Part shown: piece by piece, positions 51,836 through 63,445 of the stretch
Numbering within the stretch: the first letter of the stretch is position 1
How the letters are laid out: the number at the start of each line of letters is the position of its first letter
From: Psilocybe cubensis
Taxonomy: Eukaryota
Assembly: GCA_017499595.2 (NCBI GenBank)
Contig: CM039002.1
Location: 682,001 to 746,000, forward strand
Reading direction: 5' to 3'
DNA: 64,000 bases
Position numbers and translations under genes: made by a program
Notes under the pieces: model-generated
Told to the model about the DNA's origin: nothing
What the model saw: the letters and a program-made list of their open reading frames with translations, nothing else
Databases searched by the model: none

Positions 51836-52592
51836 ATGATTTCAGGAAGCTCTGCTACATGCAACAACTTCACTCTCAGACTCCGCCACCGAGTAAATCC
51901 TTCCCTTTCTGTGCCAATGTTTGACCAAGCATACATCGGAATGCTCAACTTTACAGTGTGCACAGTTCAGCTTGACTCGGTCACACATTCCCCCGGAATG
52001 CTTTTCGATATTCAAGATAATAATTATCACAAAGACCCCAACAACTTTGTCTATCTCTTTGACGGAAACCAGGACCGAATTTATTGGGAAAACCAGCCAT
52101 CGCACGCCCGGATTCACGAATTTGGTGGTATTACAAGCTACGCTGATACAAGATTGCCTAGACCAACATATAGTTGGATTGACCAACCAGTCATATACGA
52201 TGCGAACCGAATCTACGCCATTGTTGTTGTACTTCCGCCTGATCACCCACTCAGTGGAAAACCCATTGAACGGTTTACATCCCTTGGCAGTTCGTCTTCG
52301 TGGCTTGCATGCTTCATTATAAGATGCGATTGTCCTCGTATGTTCATCAATTTATAACGTGTTGTGAAGGATAAATTAAGCTTACATATCTCTTTTTTAA
52401 GCACCAGAACAGCCCAGGAGAGTTGCGGAACTCAACAACCCGCCTTTCGATATCGACTCTGCCAGCAGGTATCTCTCAAGCGAGCCTCTGGAGCTTCAAC
52501 CTGGATATCGCACTCAGGATTCTGATGTGAATTTACCAATTGAAGGGCTTTTTCAATTCCTCAGACTAGGGAATCGTAGCACGTACGAGTAG
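51836..52592 (+). CDS. Uncharacterised beta-rich domain family, copy E
   Basis: NNFTLRLRHRVNP...LFDIQ...FVYLFD...ADTRLPRP...VLPPDHPLSGKPI...LACFIIRC; phase-1 GTATGT...TTAAG intron at 52338-52401; exon 2 is open to TAG 52592. Confidence 0.75.
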
Positions 52593-53013
52593 ATCATCTG
52601 TTTTTTCAAATAATTTTTCGTTATGATTCGTCCTCCGGCAATTCTTCTGATTCGATTCAACATTTTATATTACATATATTCTACATCTCTAGATTAATTT
52701 CTTTAACATAATAGAACTTGGCTTCTCATACCTTGCCTATCGGTCAACGCGCATTTCAATTAGCAAAATACATGCGTTGCTCTCGGTCCATATTGAACGA
52801 ATGACTGTCTTTTATCTGGCACTGGCGTGACTACAAATGTGGCCCGATACTGGTGTTTGTGGGGGAAAATAAAAAAAAATAAAGAAAAAAGAAAAAGGAG
52901 AAGGAAAGGGGGGGAAAGAGGGGGGATTTTCGTACCATATCCCAGTACCCCCCATCGATAAAACAATTATGCTAAATGGTACAAATTCCAAACTGAGTAT
53001 TCCTCAGTATTCC

Positions 53014-54348
53014 CTAGAATACCCCACTAACACCTAAATCTTCATACCAACGACCGCCCGTGATCGTCAAGTTGTATTGAAACGTAGATATCTCCGAAAG
53101 CTTTGCAAGCTGCACTTCGTATGTTCTCCTGACAGCATCCTCAAAGTGAATCTGTTCAGGTCCGGGATCGAAGTGGTCCCAGACGGTGTTATGGAAATTG
53201 ATTTCGAGTCGTCGTAGGTAACGCCAATCACCCTTGGACAAAAATATGTCTGCGATTGGAGTCCAATCTTCTAATCGTTCTGATCCAGAATCGCTGGGAA
53301 ATAATATAGAGGCGAGTACGAGCGTGGTAATGCGGCTCTGGCCTGCTAGTTCTTTGAGTACCTCGCAGATTTGAGGCACCCAATGATCCTGGAATTCTAA
53401 ATAAATCCGCAGAGTGTGTAATGTGTCCAGAGATTTGGACGCGATGATAGAAGGAACAATGGCTGAGGTGTGAGGGGGCTCTGCAAAACATATAAATTAT
53501 CAAATAATTTTGTTGATGAAGGTAGACATACGAGACAGCTTAAAGTGAATGATCGACAACCCCTTCATGTAGCCAAATAGTTCCATGCAAGATCCAGCAT
53601 CTGCTGACGGATGGAATTTAAAGTCAATTTTCTTGACCATATTGATGTCCATTATCGGATTGAGATGATTTTTTTGTGGTTCAATCAAAGTTTTAAGAGA
53701 TAGCGCTGTAAAAGAGTCGGTATCAAGTGCATCAGGCAGCAACGGAGGGAAGATTCCTGAAGAAAATGCATTGATAGAGTCATCCTGATTCTGCGGCAAA
53801 TGAATATCATATTCGCTATATTTTAGGTTTGAATTTCGGAAACAAAGACGCTTGAGTCCGGTGCAAGGAATGAGGTAGGCAGGATTAAAAGTTAAGAAGG
53901 TCATGAGTTTGAGGTTAACGATGGTAGGCAATTGAATGAGGTGAATGAGCACGTCTAGTGTGGTAGGGGGTAGCATTCTCCAGTCAAGACCAAATATACT
54001 GTCAGGTCTGATAACGAGAGTGTGTAGGTTGTTTATTTTCTTGAACGCAGCCTCCTCTTCATCAGACATGTCGTAGTAGTGGGAAATGGGTGTGACCTCT
54101 AACACTCGAACATAATCTGGAACCCAGGGCGCACTTTCGATAAGGTCCCGGAATAGACGACAGGTACTTCCATCGATGATATCGAGGGTGATGGAATGGA
54201 ATATATGCTTACGGCAGTGCTGCAGAAAGGACTTGCAGGTTAGAGAGCACGCCTTCAGATTGGTGGAGGCGTCATCGTCCATGCTGGCCACCCCATCGAT
54301 GATAGTTAGGATGATATCTGAAGGCAGAATATCCACAAAAGAGATCAT
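53014..54348 (-). CDS. Agaricomycete-type F-box-like / LRR-like protein
   Basis: LPSDIILTIID...NLKACSLTCKSFLQHCRKHIFHSITL, followed by LxxL repeats; one intron at ~53474-53531. Confidence 0.75.
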
Positions 54349-54625
54349 TGTCCTGAAGTTTGTTCTAGAAAGAGTTTGACGAAAGGAAGTGCAAAAGATG
54401 GATAGATGGTTTAGATGGTGGACTCCAGCAACGAAATTCAACCGCCAGTGACTAGTAGCCGTTGTCGGAGTATCGGAGTCTCGGCGTGACATTTAATTCT
54501 GCACACGACTCCATGCCGCTTTTTTTATTCCAAACTTTATTCAGTGAGGTTTTCCTCGCATGCAACATGTCCAACTGTGCTCCCTAGTAGGTTCTACAGC
54601 CACTTCTCTGTCTACTCATGTCCGA

Positions 54626-55948
54626 TTAGATCGTTTCTTGCGGATGCGCAACCAACTTCGACGCCGAAATCTGTTTCGCTTCCAACCTCGAAAGACCCTC
54701 TACAATCCCTTCAAGTCCATTCGGGAGGACTTCGATGTTATTAGGCTGCAATTATACATTACATTTGAGTCGGCATAACAATCAGCACCTACACAAAATG
54801 CGAAGTAGTAAAACTCTCACTTTGATAACACCGCTCTCGAGCCACCCAGACAATTTATCGTGGTACAGAGTTTCAAGGAGCTCTCGATGTTGCGGCACCG
54901 TCATCAGACCAAGGATACTCGAAACCACCTTCCCATCCGGCACTTTGACATCCTCGGACAGCGGAAGCACAATGGCCATCTTTCCCCCAGGACTTAAAAC
55001 GTCAAGTCCTGTTTGCTGAGTGCTTGCGGAACTGACGGCGTCATACACCAGACTGACTTGACGGGCATCGTAGAGTTGGTCTATTTTGCTGGAGAGTTCG
55101 CTTGATGATATGTTTCTGTCGAAGACGTGGGTTGCTCCAAGATTTTGAAGGTAGGCTGCGTGCTTCGAGGAGGCCGTTGTGAAGATCGGAGAAAACCCTG
55201 AAAATTTGGCGAATTGAATGACTGGAACGCGATTGATTCATTGATTGGTTATTGGTAGGTAAGTAAGAAGACATGCATTCATAGAGCAGATGTGATACCT
55301 ATTTGTCCCACAGACGTGGCCCCTCCGAGAACGACTATGGCAGTTCCGTTGAATATTCCCTGGCTGGCTTCGGTTACAGGAGGCGGAATGCCTAAACCGT
55401 CCGGGACTTGGTTGTACAATCCAACATACGCGCATGTAACGACCACAGGAAGCGCAGATGCCTGATCGTAACTCCAAGAATCAGGGATCTAGAACAACCT
55501 TAACAGAAATGACAAAAGAGGATTAAAGCCAAAAAAGTACCCTTGCGACGGTCGACGCTTTCACAGCTGCGAATTGCTGGAAAGCTCTCGATCTGATTTC
55601 AAAAGTACCTTGAGTAAAACTACCAACAAGCGACATCATAAATCATCATTAAAAGGAATCACATCATATTGAAAACAAAAACACTTGCACTCTCTCGCCT
55701 TTTTTAAAGTCTGTCACTCCCTCGCCTATATCCTCGACGTCTCCAGCAATATCGAGCCCTAGAACGGCGGGATACGTGTCTATGAACACGCCTGATCTCT
55801 GGCTAGCTGCGTCGACGGGGTTGAGCGCGGACGCTTGGATTCGAATCAGTATCTCGCTTGCAAGGGGCTTGTATATTTCGGTGGTTTGAATTGAGAGGGG
55901 TCCGGATTTTTCGGCTTGCATTAGGGCACGTTGAGTGGAAGGGGACAT
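54626..55948 (-). CDS. Zinc-free MDR oxidoreductase (enoyl-reductase-like), copy 3
   Basis: MSPSTQRAL...EILIRIQASALNPVD, GLDIAGDVEDIG, VVLGGATSVGQ, TLYHDKLSGWLE, KLVAHPQETI*; same intron layout as copies 1 and 2. Confidence 0.9.
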
Positions 55949-56570
55949 TATGAAAATTGCAAAATTGGGTTTGAGAGAATAGGGTTCTGAGAGTGTGTTT
56001 GTATTCCGAGTCTTGTCTGATCAGTAAATTATAAAGGATATTATATATCTACCAGGCACGTAAAGGAATTGGCTTACAGATAGTTAGACGGGTTGGATTA
56101 CAGATCATGTAGGAATGTGTGATTACAGATCTTCGAATGACTACTGTGGGTTTCTCGGGCAGTTAAATCAGAGAACTTACCGAGAATAATACCGCCCGCT
56201 CGTTGTATTAGAGCTACGGATATATAGCCGTAGGAGGGAAACTGATTTGTGTTTGGTTAAAGACTAGGTCTTTGTACAGGGTAGATAAGATAATTGATCA
56301 ATGACCAGTTCAATGCCATACGATCAATCGTTTCCATACACAAGTAGGCAAACGAGCAAATGCATATTTTGGTTCTTCACGAATCGCACATTGATCTAAT
56401 CAGATAAGATGAACCTTCATCACTCCGGTTGCATCCACTTGCCCAGCCTTTTTTCCAAGGCTTTGAACTTCGCCAACGCAATGAACGGGCGCCTATTCCA
56501 TCCAACAAACCACAGCACACTGCAAAGTTAGAATACTACATATTATCACCAACCTATTCAAAGGCCTAGG

Positions 56571-58777
56571 ATGCCTCCAAATCCACTATGCGACGTCTGC
56601 AAAACTCTCAATCTATCATCCACCAACAACCGCAAAGCAGCCAAATACCCACTAGATTTTGTGCAAGACATCTACCGCAAATCCATCAGCCATGTATTCT
56701 GCCCGTTCTGCAGACTTGTGATTGAGTTCATTGGCCCTGGCCTCGGCGGGCAGATCTCCATCGAGTGGAAAGACAAAGGGGGGTTCTTTTTTAGTGTGCA
56801 AGGTCGGACTCTGGCGTTTATTGATGAGCGAGAGGCGGCGACGTCCCCGTATGGTGCTGCGCGCAGGATCGAGCCGACGCTTGACCCAGAGCTTGTCAAG
56901 AGGTGGCTTCAACTATGTGCGGCGGAGCACACTGAGAAGTGTACGCCGAGCACAGGCGTGATTCGGCAGGCGGAGGGGGACGTGGGGGTGAAGACGTTGA
57001 GACTCATCGATACCCACAATGCATGCCTTATCACTGCTGCCCCAGGCGACCGCTACCTCGCGCTAAGCTACCGGTGGGGGAACAGCAATCCCCCCATCCG
57101 CCTGGAAAAAAACACAAAAGACCTCCTCTTCACCACCGGCGCGTTTGCCTCGCCCTCTGTGCGGCAGAAGATACCGACTACGATCCGCGATGCGATTGAT
57201 TTTGTACAGATGATCGGGGAGCGGTATTTGTGGGTGGACAGTCTGTGCTTGGTGCAGGATTGCGAGGAGGATATGGCGGATGGTGTGGCGAATATGGATC
57301 TGGTGTATCAGTGTGCGGTGTGCACGATTATTGCTGCTGCTGGGAAGGACTATAATGCCGGCCTGCCGGGTGTGCATCCGGGATCGAGGTTTGCAAGGCA
57401 GAATGTGGTTGAAGTTCTTCCTGCAATATCGATGGCGATGACGGAAGGGGTGTACGATGCGATGCAGGCAGAATATATGACGAGGGGTTGGACGTGAGCT
57501 TTTCAAATTTTAATTGTATTATGCATATTAGTATCTGACGATGTCTAATGAACAGCCTACAAGAGCTCGTCTTATTCTATAGAACAATTGTATTTACTAG
57601 GAAACAGGTCTACTTCCGATGTCGCACAAACTGCTGGAGCGAAGACACAATCTACGACGCCTTCCCATCCGCAACCAACGAAATCCTGCACTCAGGCAGC
57701 ATGGTCAACTTCGCAGAGAACGACGTCTCAAAAGTCTACGACACATACACCGCCCTCCTCTCGCGCTACGCCGACCGCCATCTGTCCGTCGAAACCGACA
57801 CCATCAACGCCTTCACCGGTATCCTGCGGTTCCTCTCCGCCAGAGCCCAATCAGGGCTTCTAGAAGGTTTATTGACAGCCGCGTTTGATATATGTATAAT
57901 TTTCTGGGATCCCTGGCCGACTATTACTAACACGCCTGTGAGACGCCGCCTGTTCCCTAGCTGGTCGTGGGCGGGATGGCCGGGGATGCGGGATGGGCTC
58001 GGGAGCAAATTGTCAGATCCACAAGCTGCGAATGCGTGGTTGCATGAGCAGACATATATTGTATGGTATAAGCGCGGTCCGAGAGACTCTGAACCGTCAC
58101 TTGTATGGAGCGTTGAGATGAGCGAGGGGTATAGGCGCGGAAGGGGCTATGAAGCGTGTGAGATTGGGTATCGCGCGAGCGCGGGCGATCCATATGGCCG
58201 CCAGCAGCACCAGCGCAGGGCCTTTGCCCCGCAGCGCTCGCGCGCTGACTCGGAGGAAGAGGGAGGGGATACCACGTACCAAACAGTGCCCACGCAGCCT
58301 GCGGACGACGCACGGCGGGAAGCGATAATTTCCCGGGAGCTGCACAAGCGCTCATACCATCTCCTGCAATTTTTCGCGTACACGGTGCGCGTGCATGCGT
58401 TTGGCGAGCCGCCGCAGAGTGATCCGTATACCAAGCTTCACCCTCTTCTCAGTGGTGTCACTGGTCACGGCACCGGCAACGATGGGATGCACCAGCAGGA
58501 GATTGGGCGCATGAAATTTGATAACCATTTAAAGCCCGAGATGGGGATGTCGACGCATGAGCTGGTTGTGTTAGCCAAAGCGGATGTGTATGATATGGTT
58601 TTTAATGATACGGCTAGGATTGAGAGGCCGTTTTATTGGGTTATGTTGATTAAGTGGGTTGAGGAGGAGGAGGAGAAGGTTGTGGCGGAGAGATGTGGGA
58701 TTGGGATGTTATTCCAGGATTGTATTGAGCTTGTTGTGTCTCCCGGGATGGTATGGAAGGAAATAGTTTTGGCTTGA
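56571..58777 (+). CDS. HET-domain (PF06985-type, TOL/HET-6-like) heterokaryon incompatibility protein
   Basis: RLID, YLALSYRWG, IPTTIRDAI, ERYLWVDSLCLVQD, MDLVY, TRGWT|LQE across intron 57494-57555, DTINAFTGIL, FPSWSWAGW. Confidence 0.9.
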
Positions 58778-58899
58778 GTTAAACCATTACAAGGCTCCTG
58801 TTTTGTTGGAATATTAATGTCACTTGATTGTGTAATTTTAATTTTAAGGCCGTTTTGGGAGTGATGGCCATGGGCGCTTATGGTAATGCGTCGTTGGTG

Positions 58900-59920
58900 G
58901 TTTCGATAGAAGCTACTTACAATTTTAATTGATAGGTGACATTGGGTCGTGGTGATTGAAAGATCAGGATTGGAATTGGATGGTTGCACTTGCGAACGTG
59001 ATTGGGGAACGGAAATGGTCCTCGGTCCAACGGATTGAGTTGGAGTCTAAGGGTTAGTCTCCTGCAAGATTAAAGAGAGTCGAGACTGAGATGTTCAATC
59101 AATTCAAAGTTTGCCAATGAGATTTCGCTAGGCGCTTATGCCAATGACTCTATTAACGCGTCATTGTTAGTTTCATCTTTAACTAATATGGTGACGTTGG
59201 GCCATGGTGCATGGTGGTTGAAGGATTGGAATTGGATGGTTGCAATTGCAAACGTGATTGGGGAATGGCAATGGTCCTCAGTCCAACGGATTGAGATGGT
59301 GGGTTGGTCTCACCTCTGACTTAGCCGTGGGGCCGAAATATCACTTGTCTGTGTAAGATTAAAGAGATTCGAGACTGAGATGTTCAATCAACTCAAAAGT
59401 TTGCCAATGGAACATCGCTGGGCGCTTAAACTTATGACTCTATTAATGCGGAGTCATCACTTCATCGCTAGTTCCGTCTTTAATTGATATGATGACGTTG
59501 GGCCATGGGTACTGCGCATGGGGGTTGAAGGATTGGAATTGGATGGCTGTGATTGCGATTGCAACTGCAACTGGGGAGTGGTCCACGGTCCATCATGACA
59601 ATCCGTTGGAGTCTAACGGTTAGTCTCACGTCTTACTTTGCCCGTACCGAAATATCACTTATCTGTGTAAGAGTATCGAGAGTCGAAACTGAGATGTTCA
59701 ATCAACTCAAAGTTTTGCTGGGCGCTTATGACTCTATTAACGCGTCATCGCTAGTTTGAGCACCAGGTGGTTGAAGGATCGGGATTGGGATTGGATAATT
59801 GTGGTTGTGGTTGTGATTGGGGAATGCGCCAACGGATATTGGTTATTGGAGGGTTGGAGGGTCGGCTCAAGTTGATCGATGATAGCACTTCTGCATTTCT
59901 GCCCGTCCCCGGGCCCGAGA
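58900..59920. repeat. Degenerate tandem repeat, ~290-310-bp unit, 3-4 copies
   Basis: GARACTGAGATGTTCAATCAA at 59082, 59371 and 59685; GGATTGGAATTGGATGG at ~58967, ~59223 and ~59530, with a variant at ~59780; GACTCTATTAA blocks recur with the same period. Confidence 0.8.
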
Positions 59921-61439
59921 TGATGATCGTTCAACGTTCATTGATATTACTTACTAGCACGCTGATGGTCATGACCATGATCAGGTCTATGCGGTGATTG
60001 GGTTGTGATTTGTATCAATTCGTGAATCCATCATATGCAATTCCAGCACAGTTGACTGGAGACTGGATATTGTATATTGGAGATTATGATGTGTTTAGAC
60101 TAAGACTGAAAGCATTGAGCAACACTAAGACCAAGACCACGGCTAGCGCTAGTTTATAAGGAGCGCTAGTGTTGCTGTAGATAGCTTCAAAGTCGAAATC
60201 AAAATGAACTTGGGTTGTAATTGGCGTGCGAAATCTGCGTACGTGGACCAGGACTAGTCCACGCGTTGGACCTAAAGTATCCGAATTCTGAGGACCGACT
60301 CGATGGGCGTCCCGTTGTCCCCGACTTCCCTAGCTCGCAGAGTCGCAGGGTGGGTATCGTATAATCGTAAAATGCCACAACCACAAGCTCTGCCGCTGCG
60401 CAGTAGTAGATATTTCGGGATCCGGAATCCGGGCTCGGAGTTGGATGGGCGTGGACATGTACGTATAGGGATAATGGTTATGGGATGGACATCGGCCCTC
60501 GGGTTCGTGATGCGTGTGTTGTTTTTAGAGTATAGTATTGTGTCCTATCCTGTGGTTCTGTGGTTCTGGTTGCTTGTTATAGGTGATTGTTTCCATGCGC
60601 GAGCTGCGAGTACTTATGTAGCTGGGGATATTTTAGGTCAAGTGTAATTGGTTGGTGGCTGTTAGTGTTACCTCGATGGTGTTCGATCCGGACCAATCAG
60701 TGCCAATGCCAATGCCAATAAATGCCAGCGGCAAGTTATACTGGCATAGTATGGAAATGGAAGTGGGGATGCTGGAATGTGTCAATGTGGGTTTACTAGG
60801 ATTTCTGGAGATTGTGATTGTCAATGTCAGTGAGACGGATTCATCATTCCGGGATAGTATTTCGATGTCGATTCGGACCTCGGAGATTTCCCGCGCGCGG
60901 GTAGCCGTTGAATTGTGAATGACAAGGCGATTTCGGGAGAGAGGGCGGCGAACTTTTGACGAAGACGAGGATGAGGATTCAGGAGGGCAATTTTAGTGGG
61001 TACTGCGGGTGGACTTCGGATGCCGGTTGGGATAGTTGGATAAGATTATGTACTACAATACCTGTCCAGCGTGGATGGATGACGACTCTCGGATGTCGCC
61101 ATCGCGCACAAGGTTTGGTTGGGTATACAGCTGGCGTGGCAAACCTCGTGAAGGATGAGCCGTGTGCACAAGGGTAGAGATCAAGTGTGTGATAGAAGTG
61201 TATGGGTATGGGTGGGCGTGGCCGAGGTGGCGAGGGAAAGATAGGCGCACGTGATGGGGCTGGCACTGGCAGTGGCAATGGAGATGCGGGAGAGGAGAGC
61301 CACACTTGGCATGGAAATGGAATGAGAATGAGACACGACAAGCTCGTTGCTTTTGCAATTCAACCACCACCACCATCGTCCATTCTATCCTTCACACTAC
61401 TCTTTCTCCTTCCACAACACCGTCAACACACCGTTCACG

Positions 61440-63445
61440 ATGGCGAGAGACCCGAGTCTGCTCGTCGACGCTGACAGACCCCGCGCCATCGCCCCGGCCG
61501 CACCAGCCATCGCACATGTGTGAGTCCAGCCTTTTCCACTTTCTTCTCTCCCCAATTTTTTCAAATCTCCAACCTGCTATCTGCAATCTTCTACCCCACA
61601 CCAACCGAGACGTCGATCTCTCGCTTATTTCGTTTTTCATTTTATATAACTCGCTTTGCTAACCGAGCCGTACCTCGCTTTCTTTCATTCTCTTACCCTG
61701 CCCTCCTATTCCGATCCGCTCTCGCTCTCGGATATACATACTGTGATATGGGCACGGAACACATACACCTACGACGGATATCGACATCGACAGCCAACTC
61801 CGCGATCTGCTGATATGCCCCCGCGAAAGCGGTGTCGTCAACTACGTCGTCGATCATGGCATCGCAGAGCAGGATGTATACGCTCCTGGCGTCGTGAGTC
61901 CTCCTTTCTCTTTTCGTTAGTGTTTTCGTTTGTAGAGTGGCATGGGCAGGCGGGTGCGGGTGGGTGGGTGTGAAAGGGCACAGTGGACCAACCCCTGAGT
62001 GCGATTACGATTGCGATTCGACGACTGGACTTTGAGCTTTGAATCTAATCATCCCATTTCACATTCAAACTCATATCTAAATCTAAATCCAAATCTAACC
62101 AATAACCCTCTTTCTCCCCACAGCCCCCGCGCATCCTCGCGAAACTAGGGTTCACACCCAACTCACTCACAGCCCTTCGGCTAGGCGCGGACGACACGCT
62201 CGTAGCGGCGGGCGGCCAGGACAGAGAGCTGCATTTATCATATTACACACCATCCTCCTCCTCCTCCTCCTCTCCATCCACGTCCACATCCACTTCAAAC
62301 CCAAATGCCCTCTCAAATTCAAGCTCAAGCTCATCCACAAACGCATACACACTCGCCTCCCAAACCCGGCTCTCAACAGGCCACCCAACGCGCCTCCCGC
62401 GCACACGTCGTCTCTGGACATACGAAACCCGGCTCGTCGGGTCCATCAACAACTCCGTCCTCCTCCTGCCCCCGGGGGCGAGGGGTATGGGCGCTGCGGA
62501 GCCCCGCGCGGTGATTAGCAATAATGATTGGTGTGTGAGGGTGTATGATATCCCGATGAGGGTTAAGAGTGCGAGGAGGGAGTTGGGGTTGGTTGGGGAG
62601 GTCAAGTTGGATGTGGCTGTTAATCATTGTGAGTTAAATTTAATTCTATATCTATATCTCTATTAACATATACTCCCCATACAGCCTCGTTATCACCAGA
62701 CGGCCGCACCCTCCTCTCCGTCGGCGACTCGCACAAGATATACTTCCACCAGCTATCAGGCAGCGCGCATCTCACATTCACACCCATCCAGACACTCGAC
62801 ATCCCTCCGCCGTCCGCGACACCGTTTTCGTCGTCCCGCTCGTCGCCTTATTCGCGGGCGCCGTACTCCTCTTCTCCATTCTCCTCCTCCTTCCAATCAC
62901 CGTACTCCTCCTCCTTTTCATCACCGTACTCCTTTTCCTCTCCATACTCCTCCTATTCATCGCCGTATTCCTCGTACTCCTCCTACCCATACACACCAAC
63001 CCAAACCCACCCAACAACACTCACAGCAGCATTCTCAACAGCCTTCAACGCAGACGGCAGCAAGTTCGCGGTCGCGAGTCAGGAGGGCGTCGTAGCTGTG
63101 TGGGATGTGAGGAGTGTGAAGAGGCCTTTGGGGGTTTGGTGTACGGATCGGATGCGCGGGTCTTCTTCTGGGTCGGGGAGTGGTGCGGGTGGTGGGTTAG
63201 GGTCAAGCTCAGGCTCAGGTTCAGGCTTAGGGTCAGGCTCGGGTGGCAATGTAGGAGGAGGACAAGGACAAGGACAAGGAGGCGCAGCATCAGGATACAT
63301 CCACCCACACACGACCCCCCACCTCTTCGACGACCCCTGGGACTGGACACGCGGCACGCGCGCCCCCGGGTGGTGCGTGCGCAATGTCAAATTCAACGCG
63401 GGCGAGGGCGCGCGGATGGGGAAGGAGGTCATGGTGTTTACTGAG
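61440..63445 (+). CDS. DUF2415 WD40-like protein (3' end lies beyond the window)
   Basis: HVQLRDLLIC, LVAAGGQ, SINNSV, ISNND, NH|SSLSPDGRTLLSVGDS, FSTAFNADGSKFAVASQEGVVAVWDVR, VRNVKF...MVFTE. Confidence 0.82.

Noticed and set aside
58900-59920. CRISPR-like array
   Set aside because: Eukaryotic context; the whole ~300-bp unit is repeated with no unique spacers, and there are no cas genes.
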